A stretch of 56,124 nucleotides of DNA from a virus (IMGVR_UViG_3300010399_000044:1-56124), one strand, 5' to 3'. Shown: positions 24,745-34,361, counted from the stretch's first letter. Made by a program: numbers and translations. The notes: generated from the letters alone by a model not told the origin.

Positions 24745-25259
24745 TCCATGTCCTCCAACCAGTCGTAGACCTTCTTGTTCCAACGAGCATCAGCCAGGGC
24801 GTGGTGTTCCACGCCATCCTGAACCGGGACTGGATTCACATCGAGATAGGCCGAGATGTAATCCCAGTTCATGTGTAGAACCTGCTTCAGGTCCAGGGTG
24901 TACCAGGGAAGCTCATTCGGCATGTCGACCATGGTCCCGAACAACTGGGCCAGGATCACATGGTCGTAGTCGGCGTAGTATCCCCACAGCTCGTGGTCTT
25001 CCTTCGGGGAATCCTCAACCAGGAACTCTCGGACCAGGTCACCAATCTGTCGGTGATGCAGGACCACATCCGGTGCGTTGTAGAGCCAGGGGAACACGTT
25101 GTCCACCAGGAAATGGCCCTCAGGGACCATGACAGGGTCGAAGTCTGCGTTCTCCAGGTACAGTTCTCGACCATCCTCGGCAACAATACCGATGGAGATG
25201 AGCTGAATCGGGTTGTCGTAGCCATTCTCGTAGAACTCGGTGTCGTAGAAGAACTTCAC
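24741..25259 (-). CDS. DEDDh 3'-5' exoribonuclease (RNase AS/Rv2179c-like)
   Basis: FFYDTEF, LISIGIVAEDGRE, WGYYADYDHV, HHALADARWN. Confidence 0.9.
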   Translation of the reverse strand: MKFFYDTEFYENGYDNPIQLISIGIVAEDGRELYLENADFDPVMVPEGHFLVDNVFPWLYNAPDVVLHHRQIGDLVREFLVEDSPKEDHELWGYYADYDHVILAQLFGTMVDMPNELPWYTLDLKQVLHMNWDYISAYLDVNPVPVQDGVEHHALADARWNKKVYDWLEDME

Positions 25260-25390
25260 GAGGTCTCCCCATCACTGTACAATTCTGCGTTATCAGGGTT
25301 CTGCGGACACATACTCTCGTGCTGAGAAATCATGACCGCTGGAATCCACCCCATGCAATACTGGCATCGTTCCCTATCGTCATTCCCCAT
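25256..25390 (-). CDS. C2HC zinc-finger microprotein, 44 aa
   Basis: MGNDDRERCQYCMGWIPAVMISQHESMCPQNPDN...; overlaps both neighbours. Confidence 0.7.
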   Translation of the reverse strand: MGNDDRERCQYCMGWIPAVMISQHESMCPQNPDNAELYSDGETS

Positions 25391-25532
25391 CCGTATCCTC
25401 CTGATTTTCGGGGTTGCTTGCGCAGATCGTCATGTGGTTGTAGATCCACCTCTCGGGGAAGTAGTAACCACAGTGTGGGCACTTCTCTTGTCCGTGGGTG
25501 TAGAAGTTCCCCATGTCATTGGTCTTGCCCAT
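25380..25532 (-). CDS. C2HC zinc-finger microprotein, 50 aa
   Basis: CPHCG...HMTICASNPEN; AAGGAG RBS. Confidence 0.7.
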   Translation of the reverse strand: MGKTNDMGNFYTHGQEKCPHCGYYFPERWIYNHMTICASNPENQEDTDGE

Positions 25533-25752
25533 TGTTCTCCTTCTTTTCGAAGTGCTTCTTGAGACCATAGATGTTGATAGGCCCGAACAGGGCCACGGTC
25601 ACGAAGAAACCATACTGGTGTGTTGTCAAGGCATACGTAATCCACCCAACCTGGTTGGCAAGACCCAACCACAGCCCGGACACCTTCCCCCTGATTGCCA
25701 GGAAGTAGTTCAGTGCCCCGGAGATAGCCAAGACGTAACTCCAGTACTCCAC
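25516..25752 (-). CDS. PnuC-like small membrane protein
   Basis: three TM segments, G.WLGL.NQ..W..YA. Confidence 0.6.
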   Translation of the reverse strand: MEYWSYVLAISGALNYFLAIRGKVSGLWLGLANQVGWITYALTTHQYGFFVTVALFGPINIYGLKKHFEKKENNGQDQ

Positions 25753-25760
25753 GACACTCC

Positions 25761-25949
25761 CTAATCGATGTAATCCCAGTAATCCACGGTAGGCCTTCGC
25801 AGCTCGAACTCCTCCACAAATTCCTGGACGATGTCATTCTGTTGGTCGTAATCCATCTGGGCGAACCCAGCGGGGAGATCAACCTCTCCCCGCCAGGACT
25901 CCGGTTTGTCGAAATAGATGACCAGCTTCTCCCGATCTACCTTCACCAC
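25761..25949 (-). CDS. hypothetical protein
   Basis: tiling ORF. Confidence 0.6.
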   Translation of the reverse strand: MVKVDREKLVIYFDKPESWRGEVDLPAGFAQMDYDQQNDIVQEFVEEFELRRPTVDYWDYID

Positions 25950-26209
25950 GTCACGGTCACCTCAACCTGAGCCGTACGTAGGAGTTCGAAGACATGCTTC
26001 AGCTCCTCGTCTTCCGGGTCGTAGCCAAAGAACTGTTCGGCCATTTCCCACACCGTAGAGTTCTCAATGTCCTCTACCTGATTCTCGTAGAGAAACCGGA
26101 TGTACTCCTTGAGATGTCCATCGTCCGAGGACGACTGGATCTGGGTGACATTACTGCCACCCACCGCAACCTGTGAAGAACCACCCGAGGTGGTTACATT
26201 GATGTTCAC
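25943..26209 (-). CDS. hypothetical protein
   Basis: tiling ORF, AAGGAG RBS. Confidence 0.6.
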   Translation of the reverse strand: MNINVTTSGGSSQVAVGGSNVTQIQSSSDDGHLKEYIRFLYENQVEDIENSTVWEMAEQFFGYDPEDEELKHVFELLRTAQVEVTVTW

Positions 26210-26355
26210 TGCACCAAACTCCTTACCAGTTCATCACGAAGCGCCTCGGCTGCCCACATGGGGATAACCAAATTCTCCCGACTCCAGGTTTCCGCGATGA
26301 TACGAGCCTCCTTGGGGATGCTGATCCATACTTCATCACCACGGATCTCCATCAT
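26206..26355 (-). CDS. hypothetical protein, 49 aa
   Basis: ATGA and GTGA overlaps at both ends. Confidence 0.55.
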   Translation of the reverse strand: MMEIRGDEVWISIPKEARIIAETWSRENLVIPMWAAEALRDELVRSLVQ

Positions 26356-26909
26356 AGCTGCCCCTTGTGGATCTCGTCGTTCTCAAGCAGGATCTTGTAC
26401 TTCTGCTGGGTCTCCTTGTGCCAGACGATGATGCCCTCAGCCTTGGCATCCCACTTAGCTCCGGGAACATAGGAGTGGAAGGCCATCAGGTTGTTGATGA
26501 CCGTAGGAATGGTGTTGTAATCCGCCTGGCCCTCGAAGAGGACTGGGACAAACTCCACCAGACCCGAGTTCTCGATGCGCTCCTTCTCCTCGTCATTGAA
26601 CTTCCACGGAGAGAAGTGGGCAAACCGCTTGCCCTCAATGCCAAGCGGGTTCTTCTGGATACCCTCACCGAACCACTCACCGAAGTGAACCCCGTAGCCC
26701 AGCACATCTGTCAGAGCACCAGCATTGTCGTAGGCCCACCTTGCGAAACCGAAGTTGTCGTCGTCGGGGGTGATCATCCTCTTTCGAGACTGGGTCGTGA
26801 GTTCACCATCCAGGATTCGGATGCACGCATTCGTGCCATCGATCTTCTCGCTGATGGTCAGGTACTTGTGGAACCTGGGCGTGCTGTCCCACTTGATGAA
26901 ATCAACCAT
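26352..26909 (-). CDS. RNA ligase (Rnl2-like adenylyltransferase domain)
   Basis: SEKIDGTN motif I, QSR, FGEW.G.GIQ, EGIIV. Confidence 0.88.
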   Translation of the reverse strand: MVDFIKWDSTPRFHKYLTISEKIDGTNACIRILDGELTTQSRKRMITPDDDNFGFARWAYDNAGALTDVLGYGVHFGEWFGEGIQKNPLGIEGKRFAHFSPWKFNDEEKERIENSGLVEFVPVLFEGQADYNTIPTVINNLMAFHSYVPGAKWDAKAEGIIVWHKETQQKYKILLENDEIHKGQL

Positions 26910-27351
26910 TGTCTACCTCCACTCGGACCTTCTCCACGATGACACCTTCCAGATCCTCGAAGTAACCCTTCCAGGTTCCGTTGTAGAACGAGTACTCACC
27001 AACATTGATAGCACCAAAGTTGGAGTTCTTGTTGTCTTCCCAGATAGCAGCACGAACCGCTTCTGCGTCTTCCTCGGAATAGCACACGGTAGCAACCGTG
27101 GAGTTACCCGTCGAGTGCCCGAAGGTGTCCCCGGTGCCGTACACCACAACCACAATCCAAAGCGGGGTCAGAACTTCGACCTCGTCCTTGACGTCGAAGA
27201 TGTCGGTGTTCCAGCCAATACGGCCACCCCCGCCAAGGGTGGCTTCTACACCGCTGTACTCGTAACTGGCACGCCAGTCCCCGTAGGGCTCACCATCATC
27301 GTACTGCTCGATGGTGTAGTTGCTGATAGAAACAGCCAACCTCTTCGTCAT
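26902..27351 (-). CDS. hypothetical protein
   Basis: tiling ORF. Confidence 0.7.
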   Translation of the reverse strand: MTKRLAVSISNYTIEQYDDGEPYGDWRASYEYSGVEATLGGGGRIGWNTDIFDVKDEVEVLTPLWIVVVVYGTGDTFGHSTGNSTVATVCYSEEDAEAVRAAIWEDNKNSNFGAINVGEYSFYNGTWKGYFEDLEGVIVEKVRVEVDNG

Positions 27352-27665
27352 CGAATCCAGCTCCCGTCATCGTTGTATTCGGAGAAGTAATGAGGCTGAC
27401 CACAGCAGTGGCAGCCCTCATCGTACGGACTCAATCCGGTTACATCCTCGAACTCGGCCATTGCCACACGAACAGACACATCACGACGAATGGCTTCTCG
27501 GGCAAGGGCACCTAGCCAGCGTTCCGTCCCTTCCTCCCGGAAGGGTGACTTCTCATCCTTGATCCACTGGACTTCCCACCCAGCAGCTTCCAGGTCGTAC
27601 CAGTTCTGATCGGTGAGCCACCAGGACCCACCCGAGTTGTTGGAACTGTATTCTACGTAGCTCAC
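27348..27665 (-). CDS. hypothetical protein (YSSNNSGG.WWL...GC.CCG.PH)
   Basis: tiling ORF with distinctive motifs. Confidence 0.7.
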   Translation of the reverse strand: MSYVEYSSNNSGGSWWLTDQNWYDLEAAGWEVQWIKDEKSPFREEGTERWLGALAREAIRRDVSVRVAMAEFEDVTGLSPYDEGCHCCGQPHYFSEYNDDGSWIR

Positions 27666-28021
27666 AGTCGCACCAGCTTTCCTACTAGTTCCAGAGCATC
27701 ATCCGAAGGGTCGAACGTACGCCAGGAATAACTCTCGTTGACCTTCTTGACACGTTCAAGCTCGTCCAGCAGGGCCTTAATACACTCATGCTTGGTTCCC
27801 TTGAACACATCATCATGATCCAAGGACGTGAAGTCCTCGAACGGGGCAGGACAGGAACACCCCGAGTCTTGAGCCCAGTAGAAGACCTTCGGGTCTTCCT
27901 TGGACTGCCACACCACGGTGAAATTGAAGGAGTATGACTCGTCGTTCCACTCTACTTCACCAATGGTCTGAAGACCGAAAGCCTCAGGCTGGTAGTACAG
28001 GTCGGGCTTTTCGTATCCCAT
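27662..28021 (-). CDS. conserved actinophage hypothetical protein (DSGCSCP.PFE)
   Basis: GAAGGAG RBS before ATG 28021. Confidence 0.7.
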   Translation of the reverse strand: MGYEKPDLYYQPEAFGLQTIGEVEWNDESYSFNFTVVWQSKEDPKVFYWAQDSGCSCPAPFEDFTSLDHDDVFKGTKHECIKALLDELERVKKVNESYSWRTFDPSDDALELVGKLVRL

Positions 28022-28022
28022 T

Positions 28023-28238
28023 TCAGTTCTCCTTCTGAGCGATGATCGCAAGGGCCTTCGCGATGGTTTCGAGGGCATGAAGGTTGGACATGCGGATCGT
28101 GTAGTCGGCCAGCAGCTTCGGCCGATCAGCCTCGTGATGGGACCCGATGTGCTTTTCCACGGCATCTGTGATCAGGTCCCATGCTGCACCGATCTCGGAA
28201 ACATCGTCCAGCAGGTTGTTAAGAGCGTTGCTACTCAT
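28023..28238 (-). CDS. hypothetical protein
   Basis: AAAGGAG RBS. Confidence 0.65.
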   Translation of the reverse strand: MSSNALNNLLDDVSEIGAAWDLITDAVEKHIGSHHEADRPKLLADYTIRMSNLHALETIAKALAIIAQKEN

Positions 28239-28280
28239 TGTGTTCTCCTTTGGTTAGGGAGGCCCCGAAGGGCCATCCCG

Positions 28281-30089
28281 CTAGTCAACGTCCGCGTACA
28301 AACTGCCCCATGAGCGACGACCAACCTCGGCATCCGTGTCGATGAAGACCGGACCAATAGTCTCACTCATGTGTCGTGCAACTTCGTTGGCTCCCCATTC
28401 TGCACGTGCCGTAGGCATAGACAGGAGGAGTTCGTCATGGATCGGAAGACGCATGTAAGGCCCAAAACCAGCCCTGTATGCCCTCAGGATGCCACGACAG
28501 GTCACGTCCCTACTGGATGACTGCACCATGTAGTTGAGAGCGCTGTAGGCCCTGCTACGGTCCACAGGGAGCCTACGCCCGAAGTACGTGGTGATATAAC
28601 CATCTCGCTCGGACAACTTCGCAAGCTTGTCCGCGTAATTGGTCACTCCGGGATACCTCTTGTCAAACGCCTCGACCACCTTCTTGGCTTGCATGAAAGT
28701 AAGTCCGGTTTGTTCGGCAACCACCTTGGCACCACCACCAAAGACACGGGCAAAGTTGGTGATCTTGCCCGCCTTGTATTCCTTGGTGTCCTTGAGGACA
28801 TGATCCCCGAAGGCTGCCTGAGCAGTCAGGAGATGAAGGTTCAGATCGTGCTTGAACGCATCGATCATGGTCTTGTCACCGCTCAGGGCTGCCAGAACAC
28901 GGAGTTCCTGCCCCTTGTAGTCCACGCTGACAATAGAATGACCCTCTTCGGCAACAAAGCACTTACGGATGGTGTAGTCAGACGCAGGAAGCGTCTGAGC
29001 CGGGATACCAGTGATCGACATACGCCCAGTACGAGCCTGGAGTGTGTTGATCGAGGCGTGGCACCTACCGTTGTCGTCCATGTTGTTGAGGAAGCCATCA
29101 ACCCATGTGGTACGCCACTTGCGTGCCTTCTTTGCCTTCTGTACAGCAATGGCAAACTCGTCGTTCTCTTTCACCAGCTTATCCAGGATTGTTTTGGACA
29201 CCTGAAGCTTGCCTGTCGGAGTCCTGTCCTTGAGGACAACACCCCTGTGAAGGAGAACCTCGGCTACTTGATCCGTGGAGTTCACATTCTCGCAGCCAAA
29301 CCGGGCTGCTATCTCGGAGTACTTCTCCTCTTGCTCGTGCAGTTCCATCGAGAGATTCTGTGTGTACTCCAGGTCAAGGAGGAACCCTCCCCGATCCATG
29401 TATGTGCACACCTCTGCGATCTCGTGCTCGAAGTGGATGAGCTGCACAGCCGAAGCCGGAATCAACTTACTCTGAATACCTTCGAGCCTAGCCGGGAAGA
29501 TGGTGTCCATCCCCGCATAGATGTTGTATTCAGGATGATTCAGGTCAACCTTTTCGAAGACCTTGGCCTTGGTGGTCTTGTACTCCTTGGCAATCTTGGA
29601 CATCAGACCCTTGACGTTGTCCGCCAGGTTTGGGTCCAGGTAATGCCGAACCAGGTCTTCCAGGGATACACCGATACCACCCTTGAGAGTATCTCGGGGA
29701 TCGATCAGCTTGGCTTGGATCTCCACATCGAAAGCCTTGGGCCAGAGCTTCTCCATCGGGATGCCCAGACACCTGTCGATAACCTTGAAATCGAAGGCAA
29801 GGTTCTTACCCACGATCTTCTCCACGGCCATCAGGGTCTGGATCGTCACGGTGATGTAATCACCACCTAGCTCAACCGGCAGCACCCATGCTTCGTTTTT
29901 GTTGCCGAACTGGACTAGCCGAAGACGATACCCTCGGGAGTAAATATCGAGCCCTGTGGTCTCCGTGTCAAACGCCAAGACCTTGAGGTTCTTCCGAACA
30001 AATTCCTTAAACAGTTCCAGGTCTTCGTAAGACTCCACCCGATGAACCCGGACTGGGTCACCCTGAACATGAATTGTCCATGTTTGCAT
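28281..30089 (-). CDS. DNA polymerase I (family A, 3'-5' exonuclease plus polymerase)
   Basis: DTETTGL, ARTGRMS, DYKGQELRVLA, KITNFARVFGGG, NYMVQSS, IHDEL. Confidence 0.97.
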   Translation of the reverse strand: MQTWTIHVQGDPVRVHRVESYEDLELFKEFVRKNLKVLAFDTETTGLDIYSRGYRLRLVQFGNKNEAWVLPVELGGDYITVTIQTLMAVEKIVGKNLAFDFKVIDRCLGIPMEKLWPKAFDVEIQAKLIDPRDTLKGGIGVSLEDLVRHYLDPNLADNVKGLMSKIAKEYKTTKAKVFEKVDLNHPEYNIYAGMDTIFPARLEGIQSKLIPASAVQLIHFEHEIAEVCTYMDRGGFLLDLEYTQNLSMELHEQEEKYSEIAARFGCENVNSTDQVAEVLLHRGVVLKDRTPTGKLQVSKTILDKLVKENDEFAIAVQKAKKARKWRTTWVDGFLNNMDDNGRCHASINTLQARTGRMSITGIPAQTLPASDYTIRKCFVAEEGHSIVSVDYKGQELRVLAALSGDKTMIDAFKHDLNLHLLTAQAAFGDHVLKDTKEYKAGKITNFARVFGGGAKVVAEQTGLTFMQAKKVVEAFDKRYPGVTNYADKLAKLSERDGYITTYFGRRLPVDRSRAYSALNYMVQSSSRDVTCRGILRAYRAGFGPYMRLPIHDELLLSMPTARAEWGANEVARHMSETIGPVFIDTDAEVGRRSWGSLYADVD

Positions 30090-30104
30090 TCCGTCCCGTC
30101 TTTC

Positions 30105-30773
30105 CTATACGTAGCGGCCTCTCTGATCGATGTACCGGAGCATGTCTTCACGGGTTTCGATTCGCTCATACTCCTGGCACAGCGCCAGGTTGTCTTCTCC
30201 CAACACACGGTGTTCACTCCGGTGCCACAAGCACTTCAAGGTGTGGGGCAACGGTGTTCCATGACCATTCAACTTCCACACAGCCATTCTGAATGCCGAG
30301 TCCTCGGCCCCCCAACCTTCGAACCGTTCGTCAGATCCGCCGGTTTCCAGGAACACCTCTCGACGCAGTGCCATCACACCAGTCTGGAACGGAACAGCAA
30401 GGTTCTCATCGACGGCCAGCTCATCGCGGGGCCACCCGTCCACAATCATGTTGGTGGCGTATTCGTTGTAGTAGTCGGTCCTGTCGAACAAGGGAACCCA
30501 GGGAAGACCCGACTCCAACCAGTGGTAGCCATCTCGGATGGCATTGTAGTCCGGCAAACAATCCGCACCGAACTGCATGATGTATGGCTTGGTCGACATC
30601 CTGAACGCACGGTTCAGGGCACGCGAGCAGTTGAACGGACCACCTTCATCGTCAACCCCAACACACAGCTCAACCCCGAGGAACTCCCACTCCTTTCTGA
30701 TGTATTCCCAGACTCTTTCTCTTTGGGGATCTCCTCCCCTCCAAGGAATCAGGACACTGATATTGCTTAGCAT
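30105..30773 (-). CDS. glycosyltransferase, GT-A (GT2/galactosyltransferase-like)
   Basis: SVLIPWR, FNCSRALN, GAD, GGSDERFEGWGAED, CLWH. Confidence 0.88.
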   Translation of the reverse strand: MLSNISVLIPWRGGDPQRERVWEYIRKEWEFLGVELCVGVDDEGGPFNCSRALNRAFRMSTKPYIMQFGADCLPDYNAIRDGYHWLESGLPWVPLFDRTDYYNEYATNMIVDGWPRDELAVDENLAVPFQTGVMALRREVFLETGGSDERFEGWGAEDSAFRMAVWKLNGHGTPLPHTLKCLWHRSEHRVLGEDNLALCQEYERIETREDMLRYIDQRGRYV

Positions 30774-30786
30774 GTTCCTCCTAAGA

Positions 30787-30812
30787 GGAGGGGGTCCCGA
30801 AGGACCCCCTCC
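30787..30812 (-). terminator. stable UUCG hairpin (terminator/stabiliser)
   Basis: GGAGGGGGTCC-CGAA-GGACCCCCTCC on + strand (TTCG loop on - strand). Confidence 0.65.
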
Positions 30813-30817
30813 GAGAA

Positions 30818-31363
30818 TTACTTGTCGAACTGGGGCTTGCACTGTCCGGGAGTGTCCCGAGGAGTCGGGCAGAAGAACCCACTCCAGGCCTTGCCAGACG
30901 CACTAACGCCTGACTTGGGTACCATCTGGCCGTGAGGACAGGTCTTGACCACACCACCCTGTCCGGCAGCCGATGCAGCGGGCTGCCCAGACTGGGTCTG
31001 AGAGGCTCCCTGCTGCTGGGTAGGGGTCGGAGCAGGGGCCTTGTCTGCGAAGTACGCAGAGGCCTTCTGAGCCCTCTCAAGGAGGTCGGTGATCTGAGGA
31101 TCGTTGATCTGATCCAGAGCGTCACCCACATCCTTACCGTGGATCACAACCCACGGAGCATTGAATCCCACACCACCCTTCAGGGTCACGGTCACCTTGC
31201 CCTCACTGGAAGGAACCACAACAACCGGCTTCTCCGCAGGGCGGATCACGCCCTGCGAATCGATATCAGCCTGCGCCTCATCCCCAGGGGTGTCGTTCCC
31301 CTCAGGCGCGGTCTCAAAAGGGTCGGTCTCGAACGGGTCGGTCTTCTTCTTTGCGACTGCCAT
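30818..31363 (-). CDS. conserved Cluster A-type protein with C-terminal zinc ribbon (possible ssDNA-binding/recombination factor)
   Basis: TLKGG.G..APWVVIH, CPHG.M....G......W.GFFCP...QC. Confidence 0.65.
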   Translation of the reverse strand: MAVAKKKTDPFETDPFETAPEGNDTPGDEAQADIDSQGVIRPAEKPVVVVPSSEGKVTVTLKGGVGFNAPWVVIHGKDVGDALDQINDPQITDLLERAQKASAYFADKAPAPTPTQQQGASQTQSGQPAASAAGQGGVVKTCPHGQMVPKSGVSASGKAWSGFFCPTPRDTPGQCKPQFDK

Positions 31364-31378
31364 GTTAATTCAACTTCC

Positions 31379-31453
31379 TTACTTCTTGGTGGGTTCTACA
31401 TGTACGTGCTTCTTGTGGAACTCTTCTTCGGTCTGTACTACGGGGTCTGCCAC
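31379..31453 (-). CDS. microprotein, 24 aa (MADPVVQTEEEFHKKHVHVEPTKK)
   Basis: TAGTG overlap; fills the gap between neighbours. Confidence 0.4.
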   Translation of the reverse strand: MADPVVQTEEEFHKKHVHVEPTKK

Positions 31454-31998
31454 TACAAATCCCCGACCTTTCTAGCACCTGGACCCTGGTGGTCCGTGTA
31501 CCTATTGCTGGTGTTGCAGCGATTCATCAACACCGTGAGAGCATCGACAGCCCTGGTTACAGCCTTGCGGTCTTCCTGCTCGTTACCGTAAACGAATCTG
31601 TCTACGATGGTATCGAACATCGACTTATTCTTGGCCTTCAGCATCAGCATCCCGGTAGACAAGTCGGTAGACTCACTCAGGGTTGCCGCTTCTCTGTTGG
31701 TGATTAGACCCATTTCAAGCAGGGTTCGGACCTCGTCCGTGCCGTACTCGTATTGACCCGAGAAGAACTCGTAGACATCGGCTGCCATAGCCGCACGTTG
31801 CCCTGCAATCCTACGAAGCTGCGTGGAAGGATCTTCTTCCTTGAGCAGCTTGACGTATTCAGGCTTGTTCTCAAGCAGGTAGACCCAGACGTCCTGCCTG
31901 ATGTCCTCCCAATCCAGTGTTGGCCACTTACGACCAGCACCCCTGGCTGCCTGCTCTACTGCGTCGTAGAACTCCTTTGGAATGTGTTCGTGCATCAT
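31453..31998 (-). CDS. sigma-70-like / helix-turn-helix DNA-binding protein
   Basis: EDIRQDVWV region-2-like; Y.Y.TDEVR.LL; RAVDALT..MN; GPG.RK. Confidence 0.7.
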   Translation of the reverse strand: MMHEHIPKEFYDAVEQAARGAGRKWPTLDWEDIRQDVWVYLLENKPEYVKLLKEEDPSTQLRRIAGQRAAMAADVYEFFSGQYEYGTDEVRTLLEMGLITNREAATLSESTDLSTGMLMLKAKNKSMFDTIVDRFVYGNEQEDRKAVTRAVDALTVLMNRCNTSNRYTDHQGPGARKVGDL

Positions 31999-32011
31999 GT
32001 TGTTCTCCTTG

Positions 32012-32752
32012 CTATGCCGAACCCCGAAGGTCGGTTAGTTGTTCTGACCTTCCACTGCGACTCCAAGCACCACAATCACATCGGTACTGTTGGTACTTCC
32101 CGAGGTTGGTGTACTTGAACCCGCGTCGATGTCCGACCCCTAGCTGATTTCCGCAGTTCGGGCAGGCATCCGTAGTGCCGTCGTAAAGCGCATGGCTTGG
32201 GTGGTTGGTGATCCAAGGCCTGAGTGTGTCATAGAGATTCTCGGTGAGTACAACATCCTGCTTGTTATACTTCCTCATTGAATCCCAGGCCTTCTTGTCA
32301 CCCGCCATGCACTTCACCCAGAGGGTGTGCCCAGCATGGGATGCTTTCCCACCAAGTCCAAGTTGCTGGGCAACATGGTCCAACTTATTCGAGGTGAACC
32401 TGAACTTGTTCCGCACCACCTTCAGAAGATCGATCTCCTGAAAGGAGGATGTAGGAGTCATGCCCCTGAGTAGGAACTCCCGCTTCAAATGCGGGATGTC
32501 AAACCGTGTCCCGTTGTAGTGCACAATCACATCGGCCTCATCGAGAAGGTCATAAGCCTTATCGATCATCACGTCAAACCCATCGTGGTATTCCGAGTGG
32601 AATGCCACCTTTGGCTTGTCGTGCCACTTGGCAGCAAAGCACATCACTCGGGTTGACTCACGTAGTTGGTTCAACGATACGTTCTGGTTGAACAGTGCCC
32701 AAACATCGGCAATGTTTGGGGACGTCTCAATATCTAGCGTCAAAATCTTCAA
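32012..32752 (-). CDS. DnaQ/RNase H-like exonuclease
   Basis: LDIETSP, HYNG.RFDIP, IDLL, YNKQDV, C-terminal CPNCG..C.CG. Confidence 0.88.
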   Translation of the reverse strand: MKILTLDIETSPNIADVWALFNQNVSLNQLRESTRVMCFAAKWHDKPKVAFHSEYHDGFDVMIDKAYDLLDEADVIVHYNGTRFDIPHLKREFLLRGMTPTSSFQEIDLLKVVRNKFRFTSNKLDHVAQQLGLGGKASHAGHTLWVKCMAGDKKAWDSMRKYNKQDVVLTENLYDTLRPWITNHPSHALYDGTTDACPNCGNQLGVGHRRGFKYTNLGKYQQYRCDCGAWSRSGRSEQLTDLRGSA

Positions 32753-33168
32753 TTGCGCCTCCTTGCTCGTTCCCTATCACGGTGGCAAGTAACGCAGTCT
32801 CGTCCCCTTCTATTGGGTCGGATGTTTTCCGGTGTGTATTCATGCCCCTGTGGGCAGTTCGTACGTTCCGTACGGCCGTTCCTGTGACGACCTCTGCGTA
32901 CTTTGTCGTCGGCGTTGTCCTGAGCAGAACCAAGTTCCAGGTGTTCTGGATTAACACAGCAACGTACATCACATCTGTGCCTGACATGAACACCTTCAGG
33001 AATCCAACCAACATAAGTCAAATAACTGAACCTGTGTGCACCCATAGTCTTTCGGTTTCCAACTCCGAAACAACCATATCCGCCCGTATCCAAAGCGCCG
33101 GTCCACAACCAACACCCGGACATTGGTTCGGGGATGAACTTAGCCTCGAACCTGTCCAGGATCTTCAC
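32749..33168 (-). CDS. HNH homing endonuclease
   Basis: GCWLWTG, AHRFSY, VRHRCD..CVNPEHL, CPQGHEY. Confidence 0.92.
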   Translation of the reverse strand: MKILDRFEAKFIPEPMSGCWLWTGALDTGGYGCFGVGNRKTMGAHRFSYLTYVGWIPEGVHVRHRCDVRCCVNPEHLELGSAQDNADDKVRRGRHRNGRTERTNCPQGHEYTPENIRPNRRGRDCVTCHRDRERARRRN

Positions 33169-33302
33169 GCACTAACCGTCTTGCCCAGGGCGTGTGCCAG
33201 TAGGTCCAGCAACGCCTCAGCCTGATCCTGGTCAAGGTTATACTCCTCGAAGTCCAAGACCACCAGAACTGACTTGGTCACCTCAATGTTTACATCACTC
33301 AT
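33165..33302 (-). CDS. hypothetical protein
   Basis: GAAGGAG RBS; tiling. Confidence 0.55.
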   Translation of the reverse strand: MSDVNIEVTKSVLVVLDFEEYNLDQDQAEALLDLLAHALGKTVSA

Positions 33303-33489
33303 CGTCTTTGTCTCCTTCGTCACGAGTAGGACCAAAACCAAATGACCCACCCTTGTTGTACTCCACGTCATCCTTCGGAAGCACGGCTTCCAGTTGCTCG
33401 TACAGTTCACGAGCTTCGTCCAACCCGATCACGAACGATAGGGTTTCCAGCTCGATACGAACACGAGATTCCAAGTAAGCATCAGCCAC
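33295..33489 (-). CDS. hypothetical protein
   Basis: tiling ORF. Confidence 0.55.
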   Translation of the reverse strand: MADAYLESRVRIELETLSFVIGLDEARELYEQLEAVLPKDDVEYNKGGSFGFGPTRDEGDKDDE

Positions 33490-34141
33490 TGATTTTCCCC
33501 ATCTTCTTGAGCACTGAGTTGACACCGAACTTCTTGATTGTGGAGTTCACATCTTCTCCGTCTGGCATGTTGATAATGCGACCCTTGGGAAGGGTCTTCA
33601 TGACATCAAACGCGAAGTCACGCCCTGCCTGGTCCCCGTCTGCCAGGATGTAAACCCTTTCGTATCCCTTGAACATCCTGTGGAAGTGTGACTTCCAGTT
33701 CTCGCGACCTGGAATACCTACGGACGGCAAACCCATCAGCTCGGCTGAGATAGCATCAAGCTCACCTTCGCAAATGCATATCTCATCGTTGCTCCGCAAC
33801 ACCGACAGGGTGTTGAAAATGTGGATCTGACTTCCGGGGTGTGCCATGTACTTACCGTGTCGACCATGATCGTGGTCTTCCAGGCACCTGAACCTCATGG
33901 TGATGACACACCAGCCCTGACCAGGACTCCACCTCAAGTAGGGAATGGCAAGCCATCCCCGGTACATGTCGTGCCCCGGCAGGGGGTTCTCAACTACGCC
34001 AAGCCGGAACTTTTTTAGTTCCGGTCCTTCCAGTCCCCGACTGGCCAAATACTCTTCGGCTTGGCTTCCTGGGAGGCTTGCGTGGTACAGGGACGTAGCT
34101 TCCATCAAGAAGTTCTTCTGCGTATCGTTCGGCTTCTGCAA
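33482..34141 (-). CDS. DNA primase, TOPRIM part
   Basis: YL.SRG, LAIPYLR, ICEGELDA, ADGD.AG. Confidence 0.92.
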   Translation of the reverse strand: MQKPNDTQKNFLMEATSLYHASLPGSQAEEYLASRGLEGPELKKFRLGVVENPLPGHDMYRGWLAIPYLRWSPGQGWCVITMRFRCLEDHDHGRHGKYMAHPGSQIHIFNTLSVLRSNDEICICEGELDAISAELMGLPSVGIPGRENWKSHFHRMFKGYERVYILADGDQAGRDFAFDVMKTLPKGRIINMPDGEDVNSTIKKFGVNSVLKKMGKISG

Positions 34142-34361
34142 ACTTCAGCCCTTCCTTTCGCATAATCAGGCTGATCACACCACCCTTCATCGCACACCCA
34201 TGACAAGTGAACGCATTGAGTTCCAGTGATATGGATGCTGAGGCTCGTGTCTCAGCATGGAACGGACACAAAACGGGAAGCCAAGTCCTCTTGCCCCGAG
34301 GTGGTTCCCAATCGGGGAACCACCTCTTGAGCAAGACTACGATCGGAGGTTCAGTTCCCAT
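33990..34361 (-). CDS. DNA primase, CHC2 zinc-finger part (split primase)
   Basis: CPFHAETRAS..F.CHGC..KG; overlaps the TOPRIM ORF. Confidence 0.88.
   Translation of the reverse strand: MGTEPPIVVLLKRWFPDWEPPRGKRTWLPVLCPFHAETRASASISLELNAFTCHGCAMKGGVISLIMRKEGLKFAEAERYAEELLDGSYVPVPRKPPRKPSRRVFGQSGTGRTGTKKVPAWRS

Noticed and set aside
33482-34361. Split primase as a novelty or pseudogene
   Set aside because: Overlapping zinc-finger and TOPRIM ORFs are a known feature of Cluster A-like phages.
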